64,000 nucleotides of DNA from Hydrolagus affinis (lineage: Eukaryota). The DNA lies in NCBI GenBank assembly GCA_012026655.1, contig JAAILG010000323.1, forward strand, positions 1-64,000, in the 5' to 3' direction. A program made the translations under genes and the position numbers. Shown in pieces: positions 26,001 to 35,603 of this stretch (position 1 is its first letter; the number at the start of each line of letters is the position of its first letter). Below the pieces are notes generated by a model. The model was not told where the DNA came from. It searched no databases and saw only the letters and a program-made list of their open reading frames with translations.

Positions 26001-29000
26001 GTTTTTCAGTGCTCATATTCTGTGCTCACATCCTGTCCTCATTTCCTGCTTAGCAAGCAACAGCTCGCAAAATGCTTTTGTTGAAATAGTCCATCTGAGG
26101 AAGCATTGAGTTCTCACTGATTTGCACTTGGTACCATTTTTTGGAATGAAGTTGCCTTTCCAATCTAGTCATCCAATGATTATCGCCACTAACTATTAAC
26201 TAACCTTGAAACTAACATATTTTCCTGCAGCCTGCATGTTGCCAACGAACGCATGGTTAACCTAACCTGATCCTCTGCTTTTCGTATTCTTTCCACTGTA
26301 GAAACCGGTTATAATAGCAGTTAGATTCATGAGCATGACTCGCAGTTCAATTCCGGTAGGTACTTTTCTCCCACATCACTCAGTTCCATTTCTGGATAAT
26401 CCTGTCCATTCTCCCATTCATTACACAATGATCAGACAACCACCCAATAACACACTAAGGAGAATGAAATAGTCCTGTTGCATTGAGAAGAGAATGAGCC
26501 TCCATTGAAAGTTGCTAAGTTATTAACTTTTGTCTGGCTGTGAGAGCTAGTCTTGTTGACTGAGTGGCTTTCACAGTGATGCCCTATTGTGCACATTATT
26601 CTTTGTATTTGATCCTTGGAGTTGCTTTGCACAGTAGTGCAAAGGGCCTTAAAAGGTAGTGTTTGTTGTGAACTCTGGCAGTATTCTGTTGTAGTATTAT
26701 TATACCAATTATTCTGTGTATTCTCTGGACTTCTTTTGTGTTTCAACATTTGCATCATAAATAAAACAAGAAAACAATAACATATTTAGCAATTCTAGAA
26801 TGGGACTATAAATAATTTTGAATGTTCAACTGGAAGCTGGAAATTAGAGTATTGGATATTAATAAATATTTAGATTTGACCAAAATATTCCCTGGATGTA
26901 ATCAACCCTTCTGTTGACTTTGGGCTAGCCGTGTCTGTGGTGCAAATACTGCCTGAGGTTCTCAGTGGCAAGTGCATTGCAAAAACACTTAATCAAGTGT
27001 GAAATACTTGAGTATTCAGAACAATTGTAACTGTAGTAATAGATCAAAAGCAACATTTAGTGATTTGCTGAGGATCAGCACTTGCTGATCGTGCTGAACT
27101 CTGTCGTGGCGAAGCATTAGTATGAGAGATTTTCCTTCGATTGGTGGATGAAGTCCCAATTTAAAAGTGATTAGCTCAAACTAAGAGTCTTTTGTCATTT
27201 ATAAACCAAGGCTGGATATTGGATCCTAGATATTTAGATCTTCTAGTATCTTAACAATTTTAGTGATTTGGAAACCCTTTACTCAAGAGATCTTATGAAA
27301 TACCATTTTAGTTAATGCTGATATTCTTGGTGATTTTTGCTGTAACATTCCATCCCTTTTCTTAGCATCTGTTAGATTAACACTGATTTGTTGAACAATG
27401 ACTGTGGTTCATTAAAGGGAAAGTACGTGTGGCGTTTGGCATTTCTTTCAGCTCTTGCATTATGACCTGACATAAGGTGCCAGTTACCTGGAAAGTGGTA
27501 GATCACAGAAATAGATCCTCAAACTTAGGGAGGTGTCAGCATTTGGTTTGCAAACCATTCCCAATCTCAGTTGTCATTAGAGAAAGCACAGGGCAGTTCA
27601 ACCATATCCTTTTCTCATTAGCTGTCTCCAGAGGGCACCGTCAGCAATATAGAAGCCTGTATTTGCTGGCCTGGTAGACAGTTCTGGAGATTGCTGAAAG
27701 CAGAGGAAACGAGTGGCTTCTTGGTGTTCGATCTAGGTGGAGAAATGTCCTGCCAGTTCTATTACAGCAAAAAGCTTGGGATATTTAACATATAATCTTG
27801 ATTCCTTGTGAAAATTCAACATTAGCTTGATTTAGTTAATTCAAGCCACAAATGTCGTCAACTGTATCATAGAACTGTATAACCTGAAAGAGTTGATTTT
27901 GGAATGGGTTGACCTGCCAATATAGAGTCGGTGTTCCTTCAGTTCTCTGTCAGGTCCTAAGGAGTGCCAGTCAGTTCTGTCTTATTCAGGGTCACTGTCT
28001 ACGTAATGAGGAAGAAATTGAATTGAGGATGATCTCGTTATGATTATAGGTGTAAAGTAGGCTTGAGAATTCCCATCTTGGGTTTGCATTGTGTGTGTGT
28101 GTGTGTGTGTTGTATTGAAGGAGGATTGCTCTGTTTCGCTTTGCTTAGTGGCACAGAGCCTGTAGATGGCATTGTTGCATTTGATGTTTCAGGCCGTGTT
28201 TCAGTTTGGTTAAGATTGGAAGTACAGTATCACTGCACCAGCTGTGATAACTTTATTTCATGCAAATTAAATTTACATAGACTTTTTAACTTGAATCTGT
28301 GAATCAGTTGCCACCTTTTCTTCTGAAAACTCATATCATCAATACATACTATTTAAAGACTATCTTGCAGGATTCTGAATATTTCTGATGTTAAAGGTAA
28401 ATAACTTCCTCCTGTATTATTAGCAAGGATCCTTCAGTAACAGTCGTTTCTGTGCTCTGGTTGCTGATGCCTTTAATCATTTGTAATTGTACATATATAT
28501 TGGATTTGCCAGAACATGCTCAGCCTTTCTCCAGCATTTCTGCTTTATAGATGTGAGTGCTACCAGTGGAGTACTATATCATACTGACTTATATTAAATA
28601 TGAAACCTGCATATTGTGGGCTGCTGAGTGGGTTGTAACTTGAACCGATGGAATTAAAATCTCCTTTGTTTGAATGCTTTAAGGGTCGCAATCGAGATGA
28701 GTTTGTAGCAATTTAGTTGCAATTCTAGCTCCATCTTTAGGCTACACGACCTGGATCTAACTTGAGCTATACTTTATACTGTGGCATAATATATTGACAC
28801 GAGCTCCACTTAAGGAAACCTAGCTGGCTTTGGGGACTGTGTTATAGTTTTACTTGGGAAAGGAATATAATCAGAAGGTTGCACATGTTAGAAGGAGTGC
28901 GGATTGGAACAAAATAGGACAGGAGTAGTTTCCCTGTGTTATGTGGACCTCCCACTGTCTTGAAGGCTGACATACACGGCAGGGAATCGTACCCTACTTG

Positions 29001-29335
29001 TACAGGTGTTTTGTGATTTTGACGAAGGCTGGTTTATATATTTACAAACTTGAAGTGATGCCAGAGATGAAAGGTGGAATTCGGTGGTGCACTGACATAC
29101 TAGCTCCGTGTCTGCGTAAGTTTGGAACTCAGAGGGATGGAGTAAATCACCTTGGTCCACGCCATGCTTCCACCATCTCATGATCACTCTGCTTAACTGT
29201 TTGGCATGAGGACGGTGAGTGCAGCACTCAGATTTTACTTTTTCTCTGCCATCCACGCAGCCGAATGCTACTAAAAAGGTAATTCTGACTCGAGGGATTG
29301 TTTGTAGAATTGTTCCAGTCTGTGGTGTGTTTCCT

Positions 29336-29366
<31 letters not shown>

Positions 29367-32300
29367 CTGAATTGTAAATATGCAGTGTATTTTGAACCTT
29401 TGTGTGCATATTTTGCATGAATGTGTGCTGTGTTAATGTGTTACGTACATATCTATAGTGGTGTTCTCCAACACTGCAGCCATTCCAGCATGCAGGTTCA
29501 CATCAGCCACGCACAATCTAGCTAACACAGCACGGAATCTTAAAATCTCAGGCCATTTCTTGCTTGTCTCTATACAAACATATTTGAAACGTTTTTATTT
29601 CTTATCTTAACTTAAATTTCTGCAGCTGCTTACATCTGATTCAGGGAGTTGAGGCTTTCTTCCCCTTGCTATCTCTGGAGCACTGAAATCTGGCCAATTG
29701 CTTCAACCTCTTTGTTTGAAGCGTGTACAGGATGGCGTCCTCAATAGCAAGGTTCCAGACTGCAAGCCTGTAACTTGCTCTTTGGTATAGCTCCATGGGA
29801 CTGCTGTTGAAGCATGATGAATAATGAGAATATATCAGATCACGAGGTTTGGGGGCTGAAATAGAAATGTACTGTAATGGGTTCAATGTCCTGACTTGAG
29901 CGCAGCTGCTGTGAGGCTGCAGTAGAAGCTGCCTGGAGGTTGAATGTGTTTTATTCAGCCTTGTCTAATTAGAATTGGTTAACCCAATCTTTTTTTAATG
30001 TGGATCAGTTTGGGTAACAAATATACAGTCAATTCACTTCACAGTATATTCTGTGAAGCTCTTTGAGATCTAGAAGATGTGATAAGGAGCTATATCAAAT
30101 GCAAGGATTATTATTATTAAACTAGGCTTACAAAATTTTGAAGCTACACTGAGGATGAATTGTGTTCACTCAGAGACCGGTGCAGAATAATGCAGTAGCT
30201 CTTCTGGGTTGGAGTGCCACTTGAATCAGTAATGAGTCCTGTCTCAATGAGGAAGGAGGCTAACAAAAAATAATCATGTCTGATGTCCCAACCTTTTGAG
30301 GCTAGTTACCTGCGTTTGGTTCGCATTCAAATCTTTCAGTTTCAGAAACAAAGACTTATTGGTTAACAGAGCAGTGGTAGTGCTCCTACAGCCACAAAAA
30401 TATCTGGAAACATGGTTAATTTCCTTCTAAACCACAACAAAATTACATTGGTATGGTGTCTTTCACTTTGGGAGGATCATAGAATCATAGAATGTTACAT
30501 CCAGAAGGAGGCCATTCGGCCCATTGAGTCTGTGCCGGCTCTTTGACCGAGCAAGTCACTTTCATTAACCCCAATCACCAGCTTTTTCCCCATAACCCTG
30601 TAAACCCGTTCCCCAGATACCTACTGTATCTAGTTCTCTCTTAAAAGCTGCTATTGAATCTGACCTCACTACCCTTTTAGGCAGATCATTCCAAATTCGA
30701 TACAACTCGCTGAGTAAAAAAATTTCTTCCNNNNNNNNNNNNNNNNNNNNNNNNNNNNNNNNNNNNNNNNNNNNNNNNNNNNNNNNNNNNNNNNNNNNNN
30801 NNNNNNNNNNNNNNNNNNNNNNNNNNNNNNGAAACAGCTTTTCCCTATCTAGCCTGTCGAAACCTTTCATGATCTTGAAGACCTCTATCAGGTCCCCGTG
30901 TAACCTTCTCTGCTCTAATGGGAAAAGTCCTAACTTCTCCAGTCTGTCCTCATAGCTAAGGTTCCCCATTCCTGGTATCATTCTCGTGAATCTCCTCTGC
31001 AACCTTTCCAGTGCCTTAATGTCCTTCCTGAAATAAAGTGCCCAGAACTGGACGCAGTACTCCAGTTGAGGCCTAACCAGTGTTTTGTATAGATTAACCC
31101 TAACCTCCCTGCTCTTATACTCTAACCCCCTACTAATAAAGCTCAGTGCACCAAATGCCTTTTTTACTGCCTTATCTACCTGCCCTGCTACCTTTAACGA
31201 TTCGCTTACTTGAACACCCAGATCTCTCTGTACATTCACCCCCCTTAAAATTGAGCTACCAAGTCTATATTGCCTCCTATCATTTTTCCTGCCTAAGTGT
31301 ATCACCTCACACTTATCCACATTAAAATCCATCTGCCACATGTCAGCCCATTCCACCAATCTGTGTCCCAAGGATGTCCCAAGGCGCTGCACAACCAATA
31401 TTTCAGACCTGGGGCTGTGGGTTGGGATCGGGGAGGGTGGAGGGCAGGGGGAGAAGGGAGGGTGATCGAAGGCACCTTCAAAGAGGAGGGTCTTGGAATT
31501 GCCAAGGAAGGGGGCAAGCAAGAGTGACTGTGGGATGGAGTTCCAGAGGGTGGAGGCCTGAAAGTGTATGTTTCAGGGTTCAGATGATTTTGAATTGGAA
31601 AAGCCCAAATCAGTGAATTATGGGTCCTGGTAGGACCTGATCTTGGACGTTTTGTGACAGGTCATCAGATAAATATACACTATCCATCTTACTACCCAAG
31701 GAATGTCATGAAAAGCTTCACCACCGTAACTGCGTACATACGAGAGTTGAAGTCATAAACCAGGACCAGCGCTTCCCAACCCTACCCGTAACCTGATAAG
31801 TGATTCATTGCTAACCCTGCTGCATGGGGATGTTTTGCAAGACAGCACAGCTGAGCGACGGGTGACAAGATTGCAAATCATCTGGTTCAGTGGGAGAATC
31901 ACATAATACTCCTTATGTTCAAATGGCTCTAGTGCCTGAATAGCTTCTAAGTACATCTTTGCTGCGAGAAATTGTGTGCATTCGACTTAAGTTTTTGATC
32001 CCTTCATTTTACTTGGCAATTACACAGCTATTCACAAGGGATGAAAAGCAAAGGGATATTGATACCTCTTTCCCATCAATAGCCACATTAAAGCTGGTTT
32101 GGGCTCAGTTCTCAGATTAATTGATTGCTTGTGCAAGAAAGCAGAACCATTCTCCGACAGCAGCATTAAAGGACGGGTCAATTTGTGACTTGGAATTAAT
32201 TGACAAAGGGTTGGTTGAGTTCATTGTAATCCATCATTGGAATGCCTTTCCTCGCAGAATATGACTAAACCTCTTCCTCTGTAAATTTTATAGGGCAAAG

Positions 32301-34088
32301 GCCGCCTACGCCGTTCTAATTATGCCAACCCTGCTTCTCCGGTGAGCATGCGGCTGCCATCTGTGCCAGATGTTCCTGAAGAAACAAGTGCCGAAGAGAC
32401 GACAGATATAGACATGACAGAGCAACAGCAGGCAGCCATGCAACAGGAGGAGAGGACTCTGACTGAGCAAATTGAGACCCTGCAGAAAGAGAAGTAAGAG
32501 AGCGTGCACACAAACACACACACACAAACAGCCAGATGTCCCCTTATTGTTTTCTGGTGATGTCTCTAACCCTATTTTTATTGCAGGGAGGAGTTGACGT
32601 TTGAAATGCTGGCTCTGGAGCCAAGAGCCTCTGACGATGAAACGCTGGAGTCGGAAGCATCGATTGGCACTGCAGACAGCTCTGAGAACTTAAACATGGA
32701 ATCCGAGGGAGCACAGTCGGAGCGTTCAGGTAATGTGACCGACCTAGAGAGAGAGATACTGTGCTGTGACAGGGCCCAGGTAGCCAGACAACCTAGTGAC
32801 AGGACCTGGGCAACCATCCTGATGACCCTGCCAGATGGGGAAGTGCATTCATGTATTAGGTGTCCTGTAGCTCAGTGGTTAGAGCACTCATCTTACAACC
32901 TGGGTTCAATTCCAGCCAGGGTGAAACCTTGGGCAAGTTTCCTTACTCCACACGCCTAATAATAATCCCTCAAGAAAAAACAATAATAAAATTGGACATT
33001 TCAATTCATGACTGTTTGTAGGGCACTGCTCTGCGCAATTGGCTGCCGCGTTTCGCCCACATATATACAGTCAGTTCACTTTACAGTGTATTCTATGAAA
33101 TGCTTTGAGGTGATTAGAAGGCGTGAAAAGCGCTAAAACAAATGGAAGGATTATTATTGTTACAACCATCCAGAAGTAGAGCAGTTAATGAAAAGATTTG
33201 CGAGGAGCAATCTGCTGTCACTGAATTAAAATAGTAGTAAAACTTAAAATGTTTAAGAAATCAGATTGTAGTTAAAAATACAAATAATTGTTTTAGGAAT
33301 GTTTTTTAATTTCCAATATAGTTTTTGTTTATTTCTTGAGTTTATTATTAACAATTGGATGGATGCAGTGCATATATTTTTTAAATCCCTCCTTACTTGA
33401 AATATATCATGTGGTGAATTCAACACAACTTGCAGTGATTGCTTCTCTCAACTTCCCTTTAAAATATTCACTGTCGGGGCGACGTTTCGAAGCCTAATAT
33501 AGATGCAGTTGGACATTTAACAAAGCAGTGTGAGCTCGGTGCTCCAGCAGCATTGGAAAGATGCCAGGTAGATATCGATTGTGTACTTAATGATGCCCAG
33601 TTCTTTGCTCACGCGCAGAGAGAAGCTCAGTGATCAGCTTCGTCAGTCATCAGAGGGCTGAGGCAGGGAGCCGACTGAGGAGACCTATGAAGAAACAGGC
33701 CGATTCTATCGAGTCCATCGATTCAGCCATGCACTCTTCGCCCTCGTCCTCGGCCTCCTGCGTACCACATGGAGGAAGGCGGTTCCGTTTCCGCTCCAAG
33801 TCGCCGTCGCCAGCAGTTTACCGCTCACACACCAACTGCGGTCTGGACAGTGAAGCGAGATACGGCCAGGGAGGCAAAGGTCTCGAAGACTTTCCCCAGT
33901 TTACCAGCAGGGGGACTTTTAACCCAGAAAAGAGCAAACATAAACTGAAGATACTGAAACGGACAGCTCAGAAGCCCAAAGATTCTCCTGACGGGGCCTC
34001 GGGAATGGGGAAGAAGCGCAACTCCGAGCCGGAATACGGTGCTCCACAGCAACTGGTGGTTTTTGGGAAAAATGAGTTCATGGTGTGA
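1874..34088 (+). CDS. MYO9A: Unconventional myosin-IXa, 3' part (28 coding exons; 5' exons lie outside the window)
   Basis: Spliced translation contains the myosin-IX motifs [37 protein letters not shown] and [16 protein letters not shown], six IQ motifs, a C1 domain, RhoGAP (EGIYRKSG) and ends NEFMV*. All introns are GT-AG and phases join without frameshift. IXa rather than IXb is supported by the tail motifs and adjacency to NR2E3. Confidence 0.96.
2193..2232 (+). CDS. MYO9A: MYO9A exon ([13 protein letters not shown])
   Basis: tttaccag / gtaagc; phase 2-0. Confidence 0.9.
2374..2496 (+). CDS. MYO9A: MYO9A exon (HLLDVRTLK...[13 protein letters not shown])
   Basis: cttctag / gtaagg. Confidence 0.95.
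3857..3937 (+). CDS. MYO9A: MYO9A motor exon ([27 protein letters not shown])
   Basis: aaacag / gtaact; myosin motor consensus. Confidence 0.96.
4402..4512 (+). CDS. MYO9A: MYO9A motor exon ([37 protein letters not shown])
   Basis: gttgtag / gtgagt; SH2-SH1 region. Confidence 0.96.
4995..5117 (+). CDS. MYO9A: MYO9A converter exon ([10 protein letters not shown]...NYQVGKTM)
   Basis: tttcag / gtacgt. Confidence 0.95.
5972..6121 (+). CDS. MYO9A: MYO9A exon, end of motor and first IQ ([12 protein letters not shown]...AAVVIQ)
   Basis: cccttag / gtgaga. Confidence 0.95.
6501..6805 (+). CDS. MYO9A: MYO9A IQ-repeat exon
   Basis: cttgcag / gtaagt; [32 protein letters not shown]. Confidence 0.95.
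6930..7230 (+). mobile_element. tRNA-derived SINE (family A, short form)
   Basis: GTGGTTAGAGCAC head, CCTTGGGCAAGTTTCCTTACTCCAC core, L2-type tail, (ATT)n. Confidence 0.85.
7310..8185. mobile_element. Tigger/pogo-like MITE with internal C-rich minisatellite and assembly gap
   Basis: TA|CAGGTATCCCGCTCCAACCGCG on the left; CACGGTTAGGGAGGGATACCTG|TT on the right (imperfect ~22-bp TIR). Confidence 0.7.
7603..7702. other. Assembly gap (100 N); also 14437-14536, 30731-30830, 49777-49876
   Basis: Fixed-length N runs, three bordered by C-runs. Confidence 0.98.
8723..10543 (+). CDS. MYO9A: MYO9A large tail exon (1821 nt; Ser/Pro-rich plus coiled coil)
   Basis: tttcag / gtaagt; matches the 605-aa ORF; contains [17 protein letters not shown] and [15 protein letters not shown]. 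Confidence 0.94.
11345..11658 (-). mobile_element. tRNA-derived SINE (family A, full length)
   Basis: Reverse complement of family A from head to (ATT)n tail. Confidence 0.9.
12023..12128 (+). CDS. MYO9A: MYO9A tail exon ([10 protein letters not shown]...LKGTD)
   Basis: tttcacag / gtaagt; phase 2-0 is needed to bridge its neighbours. Confidence 0.85.
12602..12814 (+). CDS. MYO9A: MYO9A 213-nt symmetric exon ([22 protein letters not shown]...YSDSEM), probable cassette
   Basis: aatcag / gtaaat; phase 0-0; open frame. Confidence 0.88.
13460..13650 (+). mobile_element. SINE family A, 3' fragment
   Basis: CTGCTGTGCGCAATTG...TCAAATGCAAGG tail. Confidence 0.75.
16897..17003 (+). CDS. MYO9A: MYO9A tail exon ([20 protein letters not shown]...)
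   Basis: cttgcag / gtatgg; phase 0-2. Confidence 0.87.
17632..17834 (+). CDS. MYO9A: MYO9A tail exon ([17 protein letters not shown]...); alternative end at 17828 possible
   Basis: cccatag acceptor; tandem donors gtaaag (17829) and gtaaga (17835), both phase 1. Confidence 0.85.
18488..18717 (+). CDS. MYO9A: MYO9A tail exon ([24 protein letters not shown]...EFLQKK)
   Basis: ccatcag / gtgggt. Confidence 0.92.
19177..19293 (+). CDS. MYO9A: MYO9A exon ([21 protein letters not shown]...TALA)
   Basis: ctcctag / gtgagc. Confidence 0.95.
19498..19686 (+). CDS. MYO9A: MYO9A exon ([22 protein letters not shown]...STGK)
   Basis: tttgcag / gtgaag. Confidence 0.95.
19980..20027 (+). CDS. MYO9A: MYO9A exon ([16 protein letters not shown])
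   Basis: ttctgcag / gtaagt. Confidence 0.93.
20623..20734 (+). CDS. MYO9A: MYO9A C1 domain, first exon
   Basis: ttccag / gtaagt; [22 protein letters not shown]. Confidence 0.95.
20810..20960 (-). mobile_element. Decayed CR1 fragment
   Basis: Translates as [13 protein letters not shown], a relic of the CR1 [11 protein letters not shown] motif. Confidence 0.6.
21218..21279 (+). CDS. MYO9A: MYO9A C1 domain, second exon
   Basis: ctttcag / gtaggt; [20 protein letters not shown]. Confidence 0.95.
22896..23088 (+). CDS. MYO9A: MYO9A RhoGAP exon with arginine finger (EGIYRKSG)
   Basis: ctctgcag / gtaagc. Confidence 0.96.
23407..23535 (+). CDS. MYO9A: MYO9A RhoGAP exon ([22 protein letters not shown])
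   Basis: ctctgtag / gtaagc. Confidence 0.96.
23800..23905 (+). CDS. MYO9A: MYO9A RhoGAP exon ([10 protein letters not shown]...LERLIFHLV)
   Basis: attgcag / gtaatt. Confidence 0.95.
24052..24683 (+). mobile_element. SINE family A split by an antisense L2 fragment
   Basis: SINE runs to 24217 and resumes at 24613. Confidence 0.8.
24218..24612 (-). mobile_element. 5'-truncated L2 LINE (ORF2 C-terminus and tail)
   Basis: Minus strand reads [23 protein letters not shown]...GRAFSFSAP...[10 protein letters not shown]; (GTT)n tail. Confidence 0.85.
24685..24898 (+). mobile_element. L2 3' fragment
   Basis: [10 protein letters not shown]-encoding segment, AGCGCCTTGGGACATCCTCCCGACATGAAAGGCAC tail, (GTT)n. 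Similar tails near 22461(+), 22605(-), 23125(-), 37003(-), 41255(-), 44780(-), 54900(-), 56270(+), 60990(+). Confidence 0.8.
25080..25211 (+). CDS. MYO9A: MYO9A RhoGAP exon ([25 protein letters not shown])
   Basis: ttttccag / gtgaga. Confidence 0.96.
25487..25610 (+). CDS. MYO9A: MYO9A exon ([13 protein letters not shown]...LIRRSI)
   Basis: ttttcag / gtaaga. Confidence 0.95.
26302..26355 (+). CDS. MYO9A: MYO9A 54-nt cassette exon ([18 protein letters not shown])
   Basis: ccactgtag / gtaggt; phase 0-0; resembles an insert I recall from rodent Myo9a isoforms; absent from the ORF track. Confidence 0.8.
29337..29364. repeat. (GT)n microsatellite; others near 28090, 36790, 62200
   Basis: Direct. 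Confidence 0.9.
30478..31363 (-). mobile_element. Young 5'-truncated CR1 LINE (RT C-terminal region and 3' UTR)
   Basis: [20 protein letters not shown]...[16 protein letters not shown]...[16 protein letters not shown]; (ATTCTATG)n terminus. Confidence 0.93.
32294..32493 (+). CDS. MYO9A: MYO9A exon ([10 protein letters not shown]...QIETLQKE)
   Basis: ttttatag / gtaaga. Confidence 0.94.
32587..32729 (+). CDS. MYO9A: MYO9A exon ([35 protein letters not shown])
   Basis: ttgcag / gtaatg. Confidence 0.95.
32862..33158 (+). mobile_element. tRNA-derived SINE family A
   Basis: TAGCTCAGTGG A box, core and tail. Confidence 0.88.
33619..34088 (+). CDS. MYO9A: MYO9A last coding exon ending GKNEFMV*
   Basis: cgcgcag acceptor; [11 protein letters not shown] motif; TGA at 34086-34088. 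Confidence 0.94.
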
Positions 34089-35597
34089 GGTACCGTCTTA
34101 TGAAGGATTATGTTCAACTTGGGACGAGGTCTTCGAATCATCCCGACACATCTTCCTCCTGGGTGCTGCCGTCTCAGTGCACCCCGCAACACGTCCACAT
34201 CCTCACAGCGGCATCGCTGCCGAAGGAATGTCAAAGGGAAAGCGGTTTATTTTGCTTATAAAACAAAAACCTGCCAGAAGGTTTGCACTGTGGCCTTAAC
34301 CATTTGTACCAATTGAAAAATGTCACAACAATGTGCAGAATTGTTGGGTGTGTTGAGCCAGTATCTGGGCTGCGGATCACGTGATAAACAGCTGCTGGTA
34401 CACTGTTCCCGAGGAAGCACGGGGGTGTCTGCAATCCAGAGGGTTCTGTCCGGGGAAGCCTGGACTTGAAGCACTTGTTGTCTGGGCAGCGATTCACCAT
34501 TCAGAAAAGTGGGAGCGACCCATCCACTGATTCGAAGAATCCATCCGATTTGAGAGGGGATTGAGATGTTAATCCCTCGGTGACACTCCGCTGATTCTCT
34601 GCTGACGCAAGAAGTGCTGAGCTGAGTGAACTTGTTGACGAACTCCCGAGACGCAAGGCATACAATCACGCTCGAAAAGCACTTGTCGGTGACTCGGAGA
34701 CACCGCCGCCAGAGAGAACGAACGTTGGAAATATTTAAAACAAGCTGTCCGATGTCAGCCAGCGATGATTGGGAAATGTAAGCCAAATATCTGTATATAA
34801 AATGCATTAACCATACGTCCTGTGTCCGGCGTTTTACAGGGTTTCAGAAACCACTTGCCAGTCGGGTAACGCTGCTGTGCCTGGGTGTAATATTTAGAAT
34901 GCCTCCATAAAAGGGACCAACCTAACTAATCACCAAGCTTGAGAAGCCAATGTCTGCTGAGCAGCAGACACCTGCAAAGCGCATTTACATTACACTCTCA
35001 TCGACTGTAATGCATGATCGTTGTAAGTCAAAGCCAAACCAGAATCCCAGACCGTTCCGTTTAACCCAACCCAGCAAATCTTAAATCATCAGTATTAAAA
35101 CAAGAGACTTGAAGTTTTAGATTGTTTTTTAAAAAAAAAACTTGCTGAAACTCTTTGAGTTTTGTTTTTAACTTTATTTCTATTTGACCTTTTTTTAATT
35201 CTTAATTTTATTTCCGTGATGATGTAAGATTGTAGCTTCCCGTCTGCATGGGGAGTGTATGTGGAGTAGGTTTAGGAACAAACTGAATGTATCAATCACT
35301 GGAAAGGGCATGCTGGGCTTCTAGTAACTGATAGTATGCTCATGACTGTATATTTCAAGAAATCAGTTGTAAAAGGATATATTATCCTGTGTCATATTCT
35401 ATAAAGTACTTGTATAAACTGTTCAGTAAACACAGCCCAAAGTTTGTTTACTGTATAGTTCATTGTTTAACTCTGTATTTTGACATTAGCATTTTGGGTG
35501 GTCATCATATGTATAAAGTGCAATTTGTGTAATATTTCTTAAATATTATCTGTGTATGGTTGTACAAACAAGTGTATGAACAAATAACCTGCGGCTT

Positions 35598-35603
35598 ATT
35601 AAA
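35598..35603 (+). terminator. Candidate MYO9A proximal poly(A) signal (ATTAAA); distal AATAAA at 36912-36917
   Basis: Hexamers after an AT-rich UTR with upstream TGTA motifs and T-rich sequence downstream. Confidence 0.4.

Noticed and set aside
26221-26230. Alternative acceptor tttcctgcag upstream of the 54-nt exon
   Set aside because: Would add 71 nt and shift frame; no further support.
30565-31521. 318-aa minus-strand ORF as a host gene
   Set aside because: Chance fusion of an L2 tail and a truncated CR1 RT, read through a 100-N gap; lacks the RT catalytic core.
34256-34807. 183-aa antisense ORF in the MYO9A 3' UTR
   Set aside because: No recognisable domain or gene context; plausible by chance.
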